DNA of 54,854 nt from Hydrurus foetidus. Taxonomy: Eukaryota. Below, one piece after another: positions 12,320-23,861 of this stretch. A model generated the notes under the pieces. It did no database searches. It was not told the DNA's origin and saw only the letters and a list, made by a program, of their open reading frames with translations. The stretch covers positions 1 to 54,854 of the forward strand of contig UYFQ01000285.1 of the NCBI GenBank assembly GCA_900617105.1, read 5' to 3'. Numbering within the stretch: position 1 is the stretch's first letter; each line of letters opens with the position of its first letter. A program made the translations under genes and the position numbers.

Positions 12320-13850
12320 ATGTGAGGGAATACTGAGAGGATGAGGTGCGACCCGGATCCACCTTTACCCCGACTATCGAAGATTTGGGATGACAATATA
12401 TCGATTCCCAGCGATATCAAAATGCTTGAGATTCTTCGATTATGATGAGGGAATTGTGAATGAGGTATGCATCTCATACACGACCTCATTCAATTCAAAT
12501 CTAATAGTAATGTTACTGATTAGGACCCCTGGATTCCGATACGGCCGTTCATTGGTGCATTCAATGCGAACAGGATAGACAGAGTTGTTATTTCAGGAGA
12601 TCTCGTCATTGACGAGTGCATTTTCGCGTGGAAGGGATCCGAGAAGCATGAGTGCATGCCGCATAAAACGAAAATCATGAGGAAGCCACAAGGCATTGGA
12701 GCGGAGCTCTCGCTGACGGGGAGTCCGGTATACTGCTGCATCTGGAGTTTATGGAAGGAAGAGTATCAAATAAGTTGAAAGAGTTCTGTGACGAATATCC
12801 ATCATCTATCGCTCTTACTTTGCGTGTCGTGAAGCACTACTTTGGGACAGGTATAACACTGCATGCTGACAGTGCATTCAGCAGTGTCTCCACGGCGAAA
12901 GCATTACGGAGTCGAGGGCTGTGTCAAGACTGCGACCAGGATGTTTCCGAAGAAGTTTTTTGAAGAGCGGTCGAAGGGTGAAGATATTCAGAGAGGGCAC
13001 CACAAGACGCTGAAGAGCACCATCACCCTTGAAGATGGCGTCACTGTAGAGCCGATCTTCGCTGTGGCTTGGAAAGACAAGACGATTAAGAAGATCGTCT
13101 GCACGAGAGGCCTGACATCGGTCATGGAAAACCCATCAGTTCGGCACAGGCGTCGTCTTGTTGAAACTAATTGGGGTCACGTGAATGATAGGTTCGATGT
13201 TCACATACCACAGCCGCAGGCGATCGAGATATTCTTTAGCTGCTTTTCGAACATTGATGTCCACGATCACTACCGACAGGGCTCGCTAGCTATGGAGAAG
13301 AAATGGAACACGCAAACTTGGTGGCATCGGTTGCTCGGTACTCTGTTTGGCATGATCTGTACCGATGCTTTTCTTGGATATAGACTCGAGTTCCGTAACA
13401 GACAAATGGGAGAAGTCGGTATTCTATCATACAAAGACTTTCTTCTCCGACTTGCGTATCAACTTATTCACAATAATGGAATCCGACCTCGTCTGAGGCG
13501 TCGTCAGCGTGAGGTGGAGGAAGAAGAGGAAGTGGTGGTGCCTGTAAATGTAAGTTACTGTAAAAGCATCCCACAGTGTCGCTTTTTATTCTCACACCTT
13601 ACTCATCAAAACATACTAGGATCATCGACTTCTACCCCTGCGAGGCCTGCCTGCATATAATGGTTTGGGTGCCAATATGCGCGCAAAGCGGAGATGTTGC
13701 ATGGGAGACTGTAATCTCCAATCCCCATATTATTGTGTGACATGCAGTGACGTAAATAATGACAGAAGGATAGTCACTGTCTGCAATCCTCACAACAAAC
13801 CCCATTCATTGTTCTTCAATGCTCACATAGCTCTAAACCTAAATGCGTAA
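12320..13850 (+). pseudogene. piggyBac transposase, 3' part: frameshifted, two introns, C-terminal Cys-rich domain
   Basis: Motifs DPWIPIRPF, IDEC, HADSAFSSV, WKDK, DVHDHYRQ, WWHR and CCMGDC...YCVTC. Likely introns at 12465-12523 and 13550-13619. Confidence 0.8.
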
Positions 13851-14016
13851 CCAAAAAGTAATTAAAAGTATGCTTCTGGAAAAAAGTTATGGCCGATACA
13901 GCTATGTCAGTCTCCGGTGCACCAGTACATCAGAATTTAGGTGCACCAGAGCACCGATTTTTCTGGTGACGAGAGCTTAACTCAACTATGCCGTGTCAAA
14001 CTGGTCAAAATTATTA

Positions 14017-15606
14017 TTTCCCGGATTTTGTAAAAATTTCCGGATTTCTATCTCCAACGAATTTCACAATCGAATCCTACCCTCGCATCTCCAAGCCAAT
14101 CTACTCCCCGACATGTAACATAGTAGAGAAAGCTGTAGAACTCCAGTTAGAAAAGTGAATCGTCAGTTCCCCAATATGCCCATCATAGGAGCTATAGCCG
14201 CTACTACTTTCATTGGAAATCACTATCACCGAAGAAATGAGGCAGCCCGAAGACTCGTCAAAACAGGAGATTTCGCCATCTCCAGCCGATACAGAGCATC
14301 TGCTACAACAGGCATGAAGCTTCTAACGCTTGATTCTTGCTTCAGCATGTATCAATACCTATTTGGTCAAACATATTGGCAAGCGGCGGTCGCTGAATTC
14401 TTCAACCCACCGAAATTTATTTGTGCCTTTTTCGTCACTGAAGAAAAAGCTTCTCTATTTTGCGACTGAGCTGCTTACTCATCACAAAACTTTGTGGAAA
14501 GCTGTATCATATATCCTAGCCTGTGATGATGAGAATTGTGACTGCTGTGATAGTACAATCTCTGCGAAACAGCAGTTCGAAAAATTAATACATGAACTGA
14601 TAAGTGAATAATTTGATAAGCAGTGTTTGATTGCAGTTAAGTAAATGTGGCATTAGGTGTTTTTCTCTGCGGATACTGTTGGGTTAGAGTACACAATTCA
14701 GAGAGAAACTACCGATGACACTGCAGTAACTAAGCAAAAGTAAGCAAATCCAAATGGCACCATTCAGAGAACAACAAAGAAGTATCTTATTCGAGCAGCT
14801 CTACAAAGAATTCTGCCAGATGCGGTTTCGCAGAGATTGTAGAAATCATTATAAAGAGAGTCAGAAATTTGTCCGTGTTCGGACACGTGTCGCAGGAAAA
14901 AAATATTATTAATTACGCTTTAGCATGCTTTGGCGCCAACTCTCATCAGTATTCTATACAGTATGTAACATACCGATGGCAATTCCTTGGCATACCAGCG
15001 CAATGATATTCTATCAATTATTTACAAAAATGGTCGTGATACCGAACAAGTGTTTTTAAAATATTGCAACTGTCACAGCAGTCACAATTCTCATCATCAC
15101 AGGCTAGGATATATGATACAGCTTTCCACAAAGTTTTGTGATGAGTAAGCAGCTCAGCCGCAAAATAGAGAAGCTTTTTCTTCAGTGACGAAAAAGGCAC
15201 AAATAAATTTCGGTGGGTTGAAGAATTCAGCGACCGCCGCTTGCCAATATGTTTGACCAAATAGGTATTGATACATGCTGAAGCAAGAATCAAGCGTTAG
15301 AAGCTTCATGCCTGTTGTAGCAGATGCTCTGTATCGGCTGGAGATGGCGAAATCTCCTGTTTTGACGAGTCTTCGGGCTGCCTCATTTCTTCCGTGATAG
15401 TGATTTCCAATGAAAGCAGTAGCGGCTATAGCTCCTATGATGGGCATATTGGGGAACTGACGATTCACTTTTCTAACTGGAGTTCTACAGCTTTCTCTAC
15501 TATGTTACATGTCGGGGAGTAGATTGGCTTGGAGATGCGAGGGTAGGATTCGATTGTGAAATTCGTTGGAGATAGAAATCCGGAAATTTTTACAAAATCC
15601 AGGAAA
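14017..15606. repeat. Long inverted repeat: arms of about 540 bp (about 14017-14554 and 15069-15606), spacer about 510 bp
   Basis: Arms are near-identical reverse complements; the ORF track shows mirrored 104-aa and roughly 92-aa ORFs on opposite strands. Confidence 0.92.
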
Positions 15607-15612
15607 AGATAA

Positions 15613-17950
15613 GAGTGCGTTTGGTAATTTCCAGTTCATATTACACTGGATTGGAAAATGCGACGTATTGCAAACGCCCAGTGGATTCGTGGGTCAAGTG
15701 TATGACGAGTAAATTGTTCGCCGAACACAATCGATCTTAACCATCGAACAACATCACTGCAGCACAACAATATAACCAAACATTACGCTAGAGCACAGCA
15801 TGGATGAAGTTGGTAATTACGACGTCGATACCATCACTCTTGTAGCTCTAATTCTGCTCGATGAGACTGAGCAACGTGGGCAACCTGTTCCGCGGCACAA
15901 CTCGGTGCTGACAGGACAAATCTACCTACAGGAGCTGCTCCTGACGGAGAGCAACGCACGGATTCAGAATATTACGAGGATGGATAGACTTACATTCCAG
16001 AGTTTGCTGCTACTTTTGGAGACTCACGGAGGTTTGAGCAATTCGAAATACGTTTTAGCGGGCGAAATTTTACTGTCGTTCATTCTAGTCCTGACAGGCA
16101 ATTTGAATAATATCGTAGCATTCTGGTTCAACAATATCGTTACTAGTGCATGAAGTTGCAGAGACTTTCAAGCGCTGTCAGCAATACTTCTGGTGCCCTG
16201 TGAAGAGATATGACCCAACACTGTGGTCGTACCGGGTATACCGGGCCTACGGGACGTACCGGACCTCGTCACGATCCATCCGATCCTTCCGCCTACAGTA
16301 CACTTACATCCTTGCACACTGCTAGCTAGCTGCAGCCGACTCGTAGAAGTTTATCCTAGCTTCTAGCATAGCAACTGGAACTAACTAACACCTACTTCTC
16401 TATCGACCTATCTCTATTCGGACTACAACACAACCTGAAATCGCACAGAATCCGGAGTTCGGTCCGTACTTTGCGAACTGTATTGGTGCTCTTGACGGCA
16501 CGCACATTCCTGAGATCGTATCGTCTGCTGAACAACGACCGTTTAGGAATAATAAGAAACAAGTGTCGCAGAATGTTCTGGGTGTGGCGAACTTCAGTCA
16601 AACTTACAGTTATGCTCTAACTGGTTGGGAGGGTTCGGCGCACGATAGCCGAGTGTTGAAGGACTCAAAATTGAGAGGTCTCCCGCTTTTCCCTAGCAAA
16701 TACTATCTTGGAGATGCAGGATACGCGTTGCCTTGGCATGTCTTGACTCCATACAGAGGAGTGCGCTATCATCTTACGGAATGGAGAATAGGTAATGAGG
16801 GACCCCAAAATGCTCAAGAGGTTTTTAATCTTTGACATTCTTCCCTCAGAAACGTTGTCGAAAGAATATTCGGTGTAGCTAAAAACGATTTCCAATGCTT
16901 GTTGCTATGCAATCTTATTCCTTCCTTTTTTAATGTGACCTAATATCATCAAGTCTATGATGACGATTTTGATGACATTCAGCTAAGTAATGATGATCCT
17001 GATCATGATGATGTCGAAGTAGTTGAAATTGTCGGTAATGCAAATCAGCTAAATACATGGAGGAATGGGATAGCTGATGCAATGTGGGAAGATTTGAACC
17101 ATTTGAATGCTCATCATGATTGATATTACTGTTACACATTTCTCATTTTATGATTCAAAGTCGATCAAATCTAAACAAACTTTAATGCTCTCAATGATTT
17201 CATCATCTTCTTGAGCCAGAAATATTTCGTAATTGTCCTTCAAGTACTTCTGGTACTTTAGCTTCTGCGCGGGGTTAGTTTCGCTGAGTATTTGCTGTTG
17301 AAAATGTGGAACACCTTTGAGAGATCGCTTTCTTTACTGTGTATGTCGATCTGTTTTCTTTGGTTGGCCACAATTCCTTCGAAGAACTTGTTCTTAGATT
17401 TTCTTTCTGGTTAGGCCTTTCTTTCAATTTCCTGGCCTGTACTGGCAGTGGTTTGACGCCGGCCAGGACCGGCTTATCTTCGTCACTCGGCTTCGGCTGT
17501 TTCTTTGACACATTATTGATTGGACTGCAGAGGATGACGTCTCCCCTTGAATACTTCTGTCCAGCGAGAGATGAGATCGCTTTGCCGCTGTCGTCTTTAG
17601 AAGCCTTTGACATTGCTGCTTATTGAACTGCCTTCCAGAGGCTGCATTGAGATCATCTACGATGTGTCTCCAAGCTGCTTTTTTAAAGCCTGTGTCAACA
17701 AAGGTGCCTGACTCAACTTCCCTCAACATTGCATTGATAAAGTAGCGTCGATTGTCATCGTTTCAATCTGCCTTAACATTGCCCTTCTCTGCCATTGTGA
17801 AATGCCAGCATGTGCAAGATGAAGTCTTGTTATGTGATACTGCACAGCTATCAAGATACTTCAGCGATTTGAAGAGCTCCGGAAATCCAGAAAAATATTT
17901 TCGACAAAATAGCCGAATCTGGATTCGAGTGGATTGGGAGGAGTTTCCTG
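15613..17950. mobile_element. Decayed PIF/Harbinger element 1 (transposase + strand, Myb/SANT partner - strand); right end not found
   Basis: TAA followed by a PIF-like end GAGTGCGTTTGG. HARBI1-like remnants at 15800-17100 (CIGALDGTHI, GWEGSAHDSRVL, YYLGDAGY, LTPYRGVRYHL). Convergent Myb-like remnants at about 17170-17794 (DTGFKKAAW). Confidence 0.82.
16222..16427 (+). repeat. Solo LTR of the gypsy A family inside the Harbinger transposase
   Basis: TG...CA, 206 bp, with 4-bp TSD ACAC at 16218-16221 and 16428-16431. Confidence 0.92.
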
Positions 17951-17981
17951 GATTGAATCTCGACGGAACACTTCTCTGGAT

Positions 17982-18099
17982 GGGATCAACCACTGTATGG
18001 TCGGAATCAAGTAAAACTGGGGGTAATCTTGAACATTTCACTGGGTTTTCAAGATTACCCCCAGTTTTACTGGATTCCGACCATACAGTGGTTAATCCC
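17982..18099. mobile_element. Short hairpin element / MITE
   Basis: Inverted arms of about 50 bp (GGGATCAACCACTGTATGGTCGGAATC... / ...GATTCCGACCATACAGTGGTTAATCCC), flanked by GAT on both sides. Confidence 0.7.
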
Positions 18100-19702
18100 G
18101 ATTTTTCCTAATTTTTCCTCGATGGAGGTTTCATGGTTTTAGTCAGTAAAAATCTGACATAATTACGTATCGAGGCCTCGTGCACATGTAATTGTGTACT
18201 CGGCACCCAATTTATCTCTTCGACCGACACACCACAATGTCTATTTTGTATAGATTTTTATTCTACTTTTATTTTCGTATAAATTTTTCCTTTTTAATCT
18301 TTCCCGTTCATCTCTGTAGTTATCATTAGTTATATATATATTTGTACAAAAACGTGGTGGTCGTGTCATAGATTACTTTTCTTCGGAAAAATGTCGAGTT
18401 CCGGGGGACAAACTTGCACCTACCAAATTTCTAACCCCCTCGATGAAAATAAGACAATTCCACTTACTCCTGGATGAAAATAAGCCCATTTCAACACAAA
18501 TCTCCCACTGGGCGTTAAAAATAAGTCAAATTTTACCCCTAATTTCTTACTCTTTGATAAATATAAACCAATTTAGAGCCCAACTTACCTGGAAATTTTT
18601 TGTGGCTTCGGCGAGATGGCTCACAGAAGGATGAAGAAGCATCCTGCAGTGACTATATATTCACTCTACTGCGTTGTCTTCCATCACCATCCTGCTCAAG
18701 CGAAAGGTATCTTCGTAGTGGCCTTGAACCTCTGATCGAAATGAAGGATGAATCCTCAAGGGAGTCGGTAAAATGATGTTCTGTTGCCTGCTGAAATCCA
18801 GAATCCTATCTATCACGCAACTAATCAAAAATTTATACAGTTAACTTCAGATATGCCTTCCGATCTGCACACCAACCACCATCTGAGCAGCTAACATCAT
18901 GACAGCTCTCCGAGATACCCTCGGAAATGTCAGCACCTTTCAGAGGTACCAACGCAAATTCATGAGGCTGTTGGACAATTCCGCATTTTAATCTGACGGA
19001 CAATGTGTATGCTGTCCACGTAGCTTACAGAAGCTAAAACAAGAGGACGGGTTTCTTGGATCAATTGCAAGGGCTGTTGATCAGTTTGCGAGAACTGCAA
19101 ACTAGGATGAGCGGCTAACGGCCACAGATCGTTCAGCAACAAGAGAGTCGCTGGACAGGATGTTTGGCTAAAAGAAGCCGGTTTGGGTTTGGTGTTTTGT
19201 TTAAAGATTTAAAGATGTGAGAGGTGTATCGAAGAAGCTGACTACGAGAGTTGCAAGTTGAAGTATTCGAGAAACCAAAAACTGGTACCGAAAAGCTGGT
19301 ACCGAAAAACCTGTGGCTGCAAGCAATGTGTACTATGTACGTACATACATGTAACGTACGTGTGAGAATGCAATATAGTGGAAACTATGAAATAGTGGAA
19401 GCTATAACACCACCCCTTTCGCGGTTAAATGTGAGACTATGGGAGTTAAAAAATGAATAAATACAAAATATGTTGTTACATCTCAGTGAGTTCGCAAACA
19501 TTGTTGTATCGATGTAGAAGCATAATTAGATATGAGGTAAGAAAAATATTACTGGCGGTTTCATTTTAGCAGTAGTTATATGTGAGAATCGAACTCACGA
19601 CCTTCAAAGTGTGAAATTAAGATTCGATAGCTTCACCGAAACCACTTTAATATGAACAGGGAGGGGACCTTCATTTGCCTAGAATCATGTTTTAGTTTTC
19701 AT

Positions 19703-19760
19703 GTTGAAGTTGAAGTTGAAGTTGAAGTTGAAGTTGAAGTTGAAGTTGAAGTTGAAGTTG
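19703..19760 (+). repeat. (GTTGAA)n microsatellite in the 3' UTR of gypsy B
   Basis: About 9-10 direct hexamer copies. Confidence 0.9.
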
Positions 19761-20066
19761 CGAGAGTTTTGAGAGATGGATTCAGATGTAGTTTTTAATT
19801 GCGGTTCAGAATCTGTAATCAATCACAATTTATTCGAACTTCGATTTTTTATTTGTCTCTGCCGTTTTTGAGAAAAAATTAATAATTGCCGATCGGTGAA
19901 ACGTGTGAGAAGATCGGTGAAACGTGTCGGGAGAAATTTTTTGTATTCAGTGTGGATACTGCGTACGATTTTTGAAAAATTTCGTATTCATTGGGGATAC
20001 TACGTACAATTTTTGGCGAATTTCGTATTTATTAGGGGTTCGCCTCAGGTGTTGGGCTTTCCATAT

Positions 20067-23000
20067 TCAAGCACCCTTGTGGGCTTTTGGAGTAGTATCG
20101 ATACCTTGTTGAGGGAGGTAATCGTGTCGGTAGGGTAGTGGGATTTTATTTGTATGCCCTATCTTTTGTAGGTACTCGTGGAGGGCCTTGACAAGTCGGA
20201 GCGAAGTCCAAGGCTCCCAGGAATCGGAATCGGAGGTGTAGCCGTGCCAGTGGACGAGGAGCTCAATTGATTTCAGGTGAGTCCATTTTCCACGATGAGC
20301 GACAATTGATTTGACGATGTATTCTTCTCGATCAAGTAGTCCAATCTTTTGTGCTGATCTCATTGTGCCGATGTAGGGGGAAATGCGGTCGGTGTGGAAG
20401 ACGTGTTCTGTATTGAGCTGAGTGTGCAGGCAGGTAATATTATTTCCGTCTTGTGTGATTACAGTGTATGGGCCTAATAGTTTTGGTGCAAGTTTTGATG
20501 ACCGAAACGCCTTGTCATGTTCTTTTGGATTCCACAATATGAGATCGCCTTTTTGATATATGTTTTGATTTGTTGTGGATGCTTGACGTTTTTGTCGCAA
20601 TTCGTGTTGATATTGTGTTGTGATGGCACGGACTATTGACAAATTTATGTCTAGTTGATTAACGTATTCACCGTAGGAATGACCTGGTGGAAGCGGCGGT
20701 GGTAGTTGAAAGCGGGCATGATCCATAGTACCGAACTTCAGCTCTGTTGGAGCGAGACCGCCAAGTTCGGAATTTGGTGTGGTGGCTATTGCATGATTGA
20801 TAAGAGGTAAGATAGTGTCAGATGCCCACTTATGAGTGAGTCGTTCGTCATGAACTAGACGGCGTAAGTGACCCATGAAGATACCATTTACATGTTCTGT
20901 TCCGTTAGATTCGTGACGTTCAATAACTGATATACGATGGGGAATACCAATCCAAGAGTTGAGCTGTTGGACGACTGTTGCAGTGAATGCACTGCCAGGA
21001 TCAGAGTATAGTGCATCATAAGCACCGAAGGTACAGTAATGTTGGAACAGAATAGTTGCGACAGTAGGAGTAGTGTAGTCGCGTACTGGATAAGCACGGG
21101 GGAATTTTGTGTCATGTTCTACAAGTAGTAACAATCCGATATAACCATCTTCGTCAGGAGGTGTAACTGTAACATGATCCATACCGACGGCGCGAACGTG
21201 GTGAAGGATTGTTTCAGTAAGTGAAGGAGAAGGTACAGTGGCAAAAGGGATTCGATCCTTTTGGCAAATCGGACACTCAGCTACAAGGTCTTGGATGGTG
21301 CGGAGTGCGATGCCATGTCCAGGATAACGTTGACAAAGAGTCAGGTAAGTTCGTTTGGCTCCGTGATGGAGTGATCGATGACCGTGAACAGATGCGAACA
21401 TTTCTTGAATACTGAGTGTATTCTCCGATGACGATAGGGTTGAAGATGGTGTCGATTGAGGATGCATACGGGATATCCAGTCGGCAACACCATTTTCTTT
21501 ACCAGGGATATGTTTGATCTGAAAGCTGTAGCTTTGAAGGAGGACACGCCAGCGTATGATGATAGGAACAAGGCTTGTCTCCATCCATACTAAATTGCGA
21601 TGGTCAGTTTCTACAACAAAGGTTTTGCCGGTTAAGTAATACCCGAATTGACACACGGCATAGTAAATTGCGTATGCTTCTTTTTTGTAGGTATCCCAGT
21701 TTACTGCGGCGCCGGAATATTTATGAGATGCGAATGTGATCGGCTGATGGATGATGGTACCGGATGAATCAGTGAATTCTTGAAAGAGGACAGCACCCAC
21801 AGCGTTGTCGGAGGAGTCGGATCTGATGATCCAGGGAAGGTTGTAGTCTGGGAAGTGTAGTATGACTGAAGCTTGGATTGCTGTCTTGAATGTTTCGAAT
21901 AGGTTGCGATAGTCTTTTGGCCATGTCAGAGACTTCCAGTCAAAAGACACGGCAGTACACTCGTATAAATCGGATGCCCATGAGGCATAGTTGGGGATGT
22001 GAGTGTGGAAAAAGTTTGCAGCACCTAGAAAGCTTTGCATTTGCTTTTGCGTTGTCGGAAAGACAAGAGCACTGATGGCATCTTTCCGAGACTGAGAGAG
22101 GCTCCAGGTTCCTGGATGTACGTCATAGCCGAAAAATGTTACATTTGTGGAACCAATCCAAGACTTCTTCATTTTGAGCACTAGTCCATGCTCGCGGCAA
22201 CGTCGGAGAGCAAGGTCAAGTTTCTTGGCTGCATCAGCGTAGTCAGAGGCGAGGATAAGAAAATTGTCGAAGATGACAATGATCCAGTCTTCATAGTCGA
22301 TAAATACTCGGCGGACGATTGATTGGAGGATTCCTGATGCTGGTCCTACACCTTCAGGAAGGAAGAGGGGACGGTACAGACCCCATGGTGTAGATACAGA
22401 CAGAAGGTTGGAACTTGCTTCGTCAAGTGGGATTTGATGAAATGAGTTTGTCATGTCAAGATCTACAAAGACTTTCCATCCGGCTGCTTTTGCTAAGGAT
22501 TGCTGTACATGTGGAATGGGTTCCTGTGGAATGGATATGAAGGGGTTGATAGGCCTGTAGTCACCACACAAGCGGATGAATGGTGGTGTGGCTTTAGGTG
22601 CAACTACTAACGGGCAAGCGATTGGTGAATTTGATTTCACGTAGAAGTACGTTTTCATCCGATCAAATTCTGCTTTGGCATGTTGGTAGAGCATATCGCG
22701 AATTGGGCGGGTGTGAGCTTTCAGTAACTCAGGGAGACCAGGTTTTGTGGTCAGATGGTATGGAGGCATATGTATACCTGTCCAGGTTTGAGGAACAAAG
22801 ACATCATATGCCAGGTCAGACGTGAGAAGGCGATAGATGTTGGGATGAGCGGCACTCATTTCTGGCATGACGTGAGTCTCTAAATCTTTATTGTATTCAT
22901 GACGAGCCTCATCTTTTGAGACAGTGAGAAGCATGAGTATATCGTCAGGGAAACTTGTTGGATCAGGCGTCTCGGATTCTTCGAGTGCAATTTGATCAAT

Positions 23001-23861
23001 TGGTTGCGACCAAGGTGGTAGGATATCTCCTGATGACGGTTGAGTCAGTAATGATGAGAGTGCATTGTGCTGTAGTTCGACGCGGTTGTCAGCATACACT
23101 AGTCCATGCCGCGGGTGTGAAAGGACATCAGTGCTGGAACCGTCATGCAGAGCAACAGCGTAGATATCAGTATTGGAGCTAGTACAGATGGCACGCTTTC
23201 GGAGATCGTACGATCGACTGTGGGAACTAAGGTTATGCGCTGTGCGAATTGTGTTGCCAAGATGAGCACAAGGTAGGGATTCACGGATTGTGGCGGTTAA
23301 AGCGTGAAGATTAGTTCCTATAGCTCCGATTGCAGATTTTCGAGAAGAAGCTATCGCATCAGCGAATACATCGTAGAAAGGTCCGACAAGGTCGACGAGA
23401 CCAATGATAAGATCATGACTGAGATCCTCAAGAACACTATACCATAGTATGTGAGCGTGATCGTTGCCAGAGGAATCAGTCAAACAGACCAGGAGTTGGA
23501 TTTCAGATTGAACTGCAATGTGACGTGCATCACCAAGGCGGACAATGCGATCCGTTGGTCGAGTAGCAAGCGTATGCGATTTAGGTAGGCTGAGAACTAG
23601 TGTACCGGAAACAAAGTTACTGCCTTGTGCGCCAGTGTCCAATAGACCACGAGCGAAATGGAATGGGTTGAGTCCGTCCTTAGATTGCACTGAACCAGCG
23701 CGAATGAAAGGCTGACAAAGAGCTTGTGCGGGTACAGACGTACTAGAAGCCAGTTGTGAGAGGAGTGCTTGAGAGAGAATAGCTTCAGGATCAAAGACTA
23801 TGGAAGAAGGGGCGAGGTGATCCTCTGACTGTAGGGAAGTCAATGAGGGCCTCGCAATTCC
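20067..23861 (-). CDS. pol: Pol of gypsy B (PR-RT-RNase H-IN-chromodomain), in frame after the gag TAG
   Basis: LLDTGA protease; RT with RLCGDYR, DMTNSFHQ and IFDN; RNase H SDSSDNAVGA/EAYAI/ETDH; integrase HHCC, SDPGSAF and GPY; chromodomain LVHWHGY...DSWEP. Confidence 0.93.
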   Translation of the reverse strand, partial: GIARPSLTSLQSEDHLAPSSIVFDPEAILSQALLSQLASSTSVPAQALCQPFIRAGSVQSKDGLNPFHFARGLLDTGAQGSNFVSGTLVLSLPKSHTLATRPTDRIVRLGDARHIAVQSEIQLLVCLTDSSGNDHAHILWYSVLEDLSHDLIIGLVDLVGPFYDVFADAIASSRKSAIGAIGTNLHALTATIRESLPCAHLGNTIRTAHNLSSHSRSYDLRKRAICTSSNTDIYAVALHDGSSTDVLSHPRHGLVYADNRVELQHNALSSLLTQPSSGDILPPWSQPIDQIALEESETPDPTSFPDDILMLLTVSKDEARHEYNKDLETHVMPEMSAAHPNIYRLLTSDLAYDVFVPQTWTGIHMPPYHLTTKPGLPELLKAHTRPIRDMLYQHAKAEFDRMKTYFYVKSNSPIACPLVVAPKATPPFIRLCGDYRPINPFISIPQEPIPHVQQSLAKAAGWKVFVDLDMTNSFHQIPLDEASSNLLSVSTPWGLYRPLFLPEGVGPASGILQSIVRRVFIDYEDWIIVIFDNFLILASDYADAAKKLDLALRRCREHGLVLKMKKSWIGSTNVTFFGYDVHPGTWSLSQSRKDAISALVFPTTQKQMQSFLGAANFFHTHIPNYASWASDLYECTAVSFDWKSLTWPKDYRNLFETFKTAIQASVILHFPDYNLPWIIRSDSSDNAVGAVLFQEFTDSSGTIIHQPITFASHKYSGAAVNWDTYKKEAYAIYYAVCQFGYYLTGKTFVVETDHRNLVWMETSLVPIIIRWRVLLQSYSFQIKHIPGKENGVADWISRMHPQSTPSSTLSSSENTLSIQEMFASVHGHRSLHHGAKRTYLTLCQRYPGHGIALRTIQDLVAECPICQKDRIPFATVPSPSLTETILHHVRAVGMDHVTVTPPDEDGYIGLLLLVEHDTKFPRAYPVRDYTTPTVATILFQHYCTFGAYDALYSDPGSAFTATVVQQLNSWIGIPHRISVIERHESNGTEHVNGIFMGHLRRLVHDERLTHKWASDTILPLINHAIATTPNSELGGLAPTELKFGTMDHARFQLPPPLPPGHSYGEYVNQLDINLSIVRAITTQYQHELRQKRQASTTNQNIYQKGDLILWNPKEHDKAFRSSKLAPKLLGPYTVITQDGNNITCLHTQLNTEHVFHTDRISPYIGTMRSAQKIGLLDREEYIVKSIVAHRGKWTHLKSIELLVHWHGYTSDSDSWEPWTSLRLVKALHEYLQKIGHTNKIPLPYRHDYLPQQGIDTTPKAHKGA

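Larger units (their letters stand above)
6291..13976 (+). mobile_element. Decayed piggyBac DNA transposon, interrupted by a gypsy element
   Basis: TTAA at 6287-6290 and 13977-13980, with degenerate TIRs (TCACTCGT / revcomp GCTCTCGT) and subterminal GTGCAC motifs. Transposase remnants lie at about 6900-7520 and 12320-13850. Confidence 0.75.

Noticed and set aside
14155..15468. Duplicated 104-aa and about 92-aa protein genes
   Set aside because: They start at non-ATG codons, have no recognisable domain, and are by-products of the inverted repeat.
19575..19645. Functional tRNA-Val gene
   Set aside because: Acceptor and D stems do not pair; kept only as a tRNA-like fragment.
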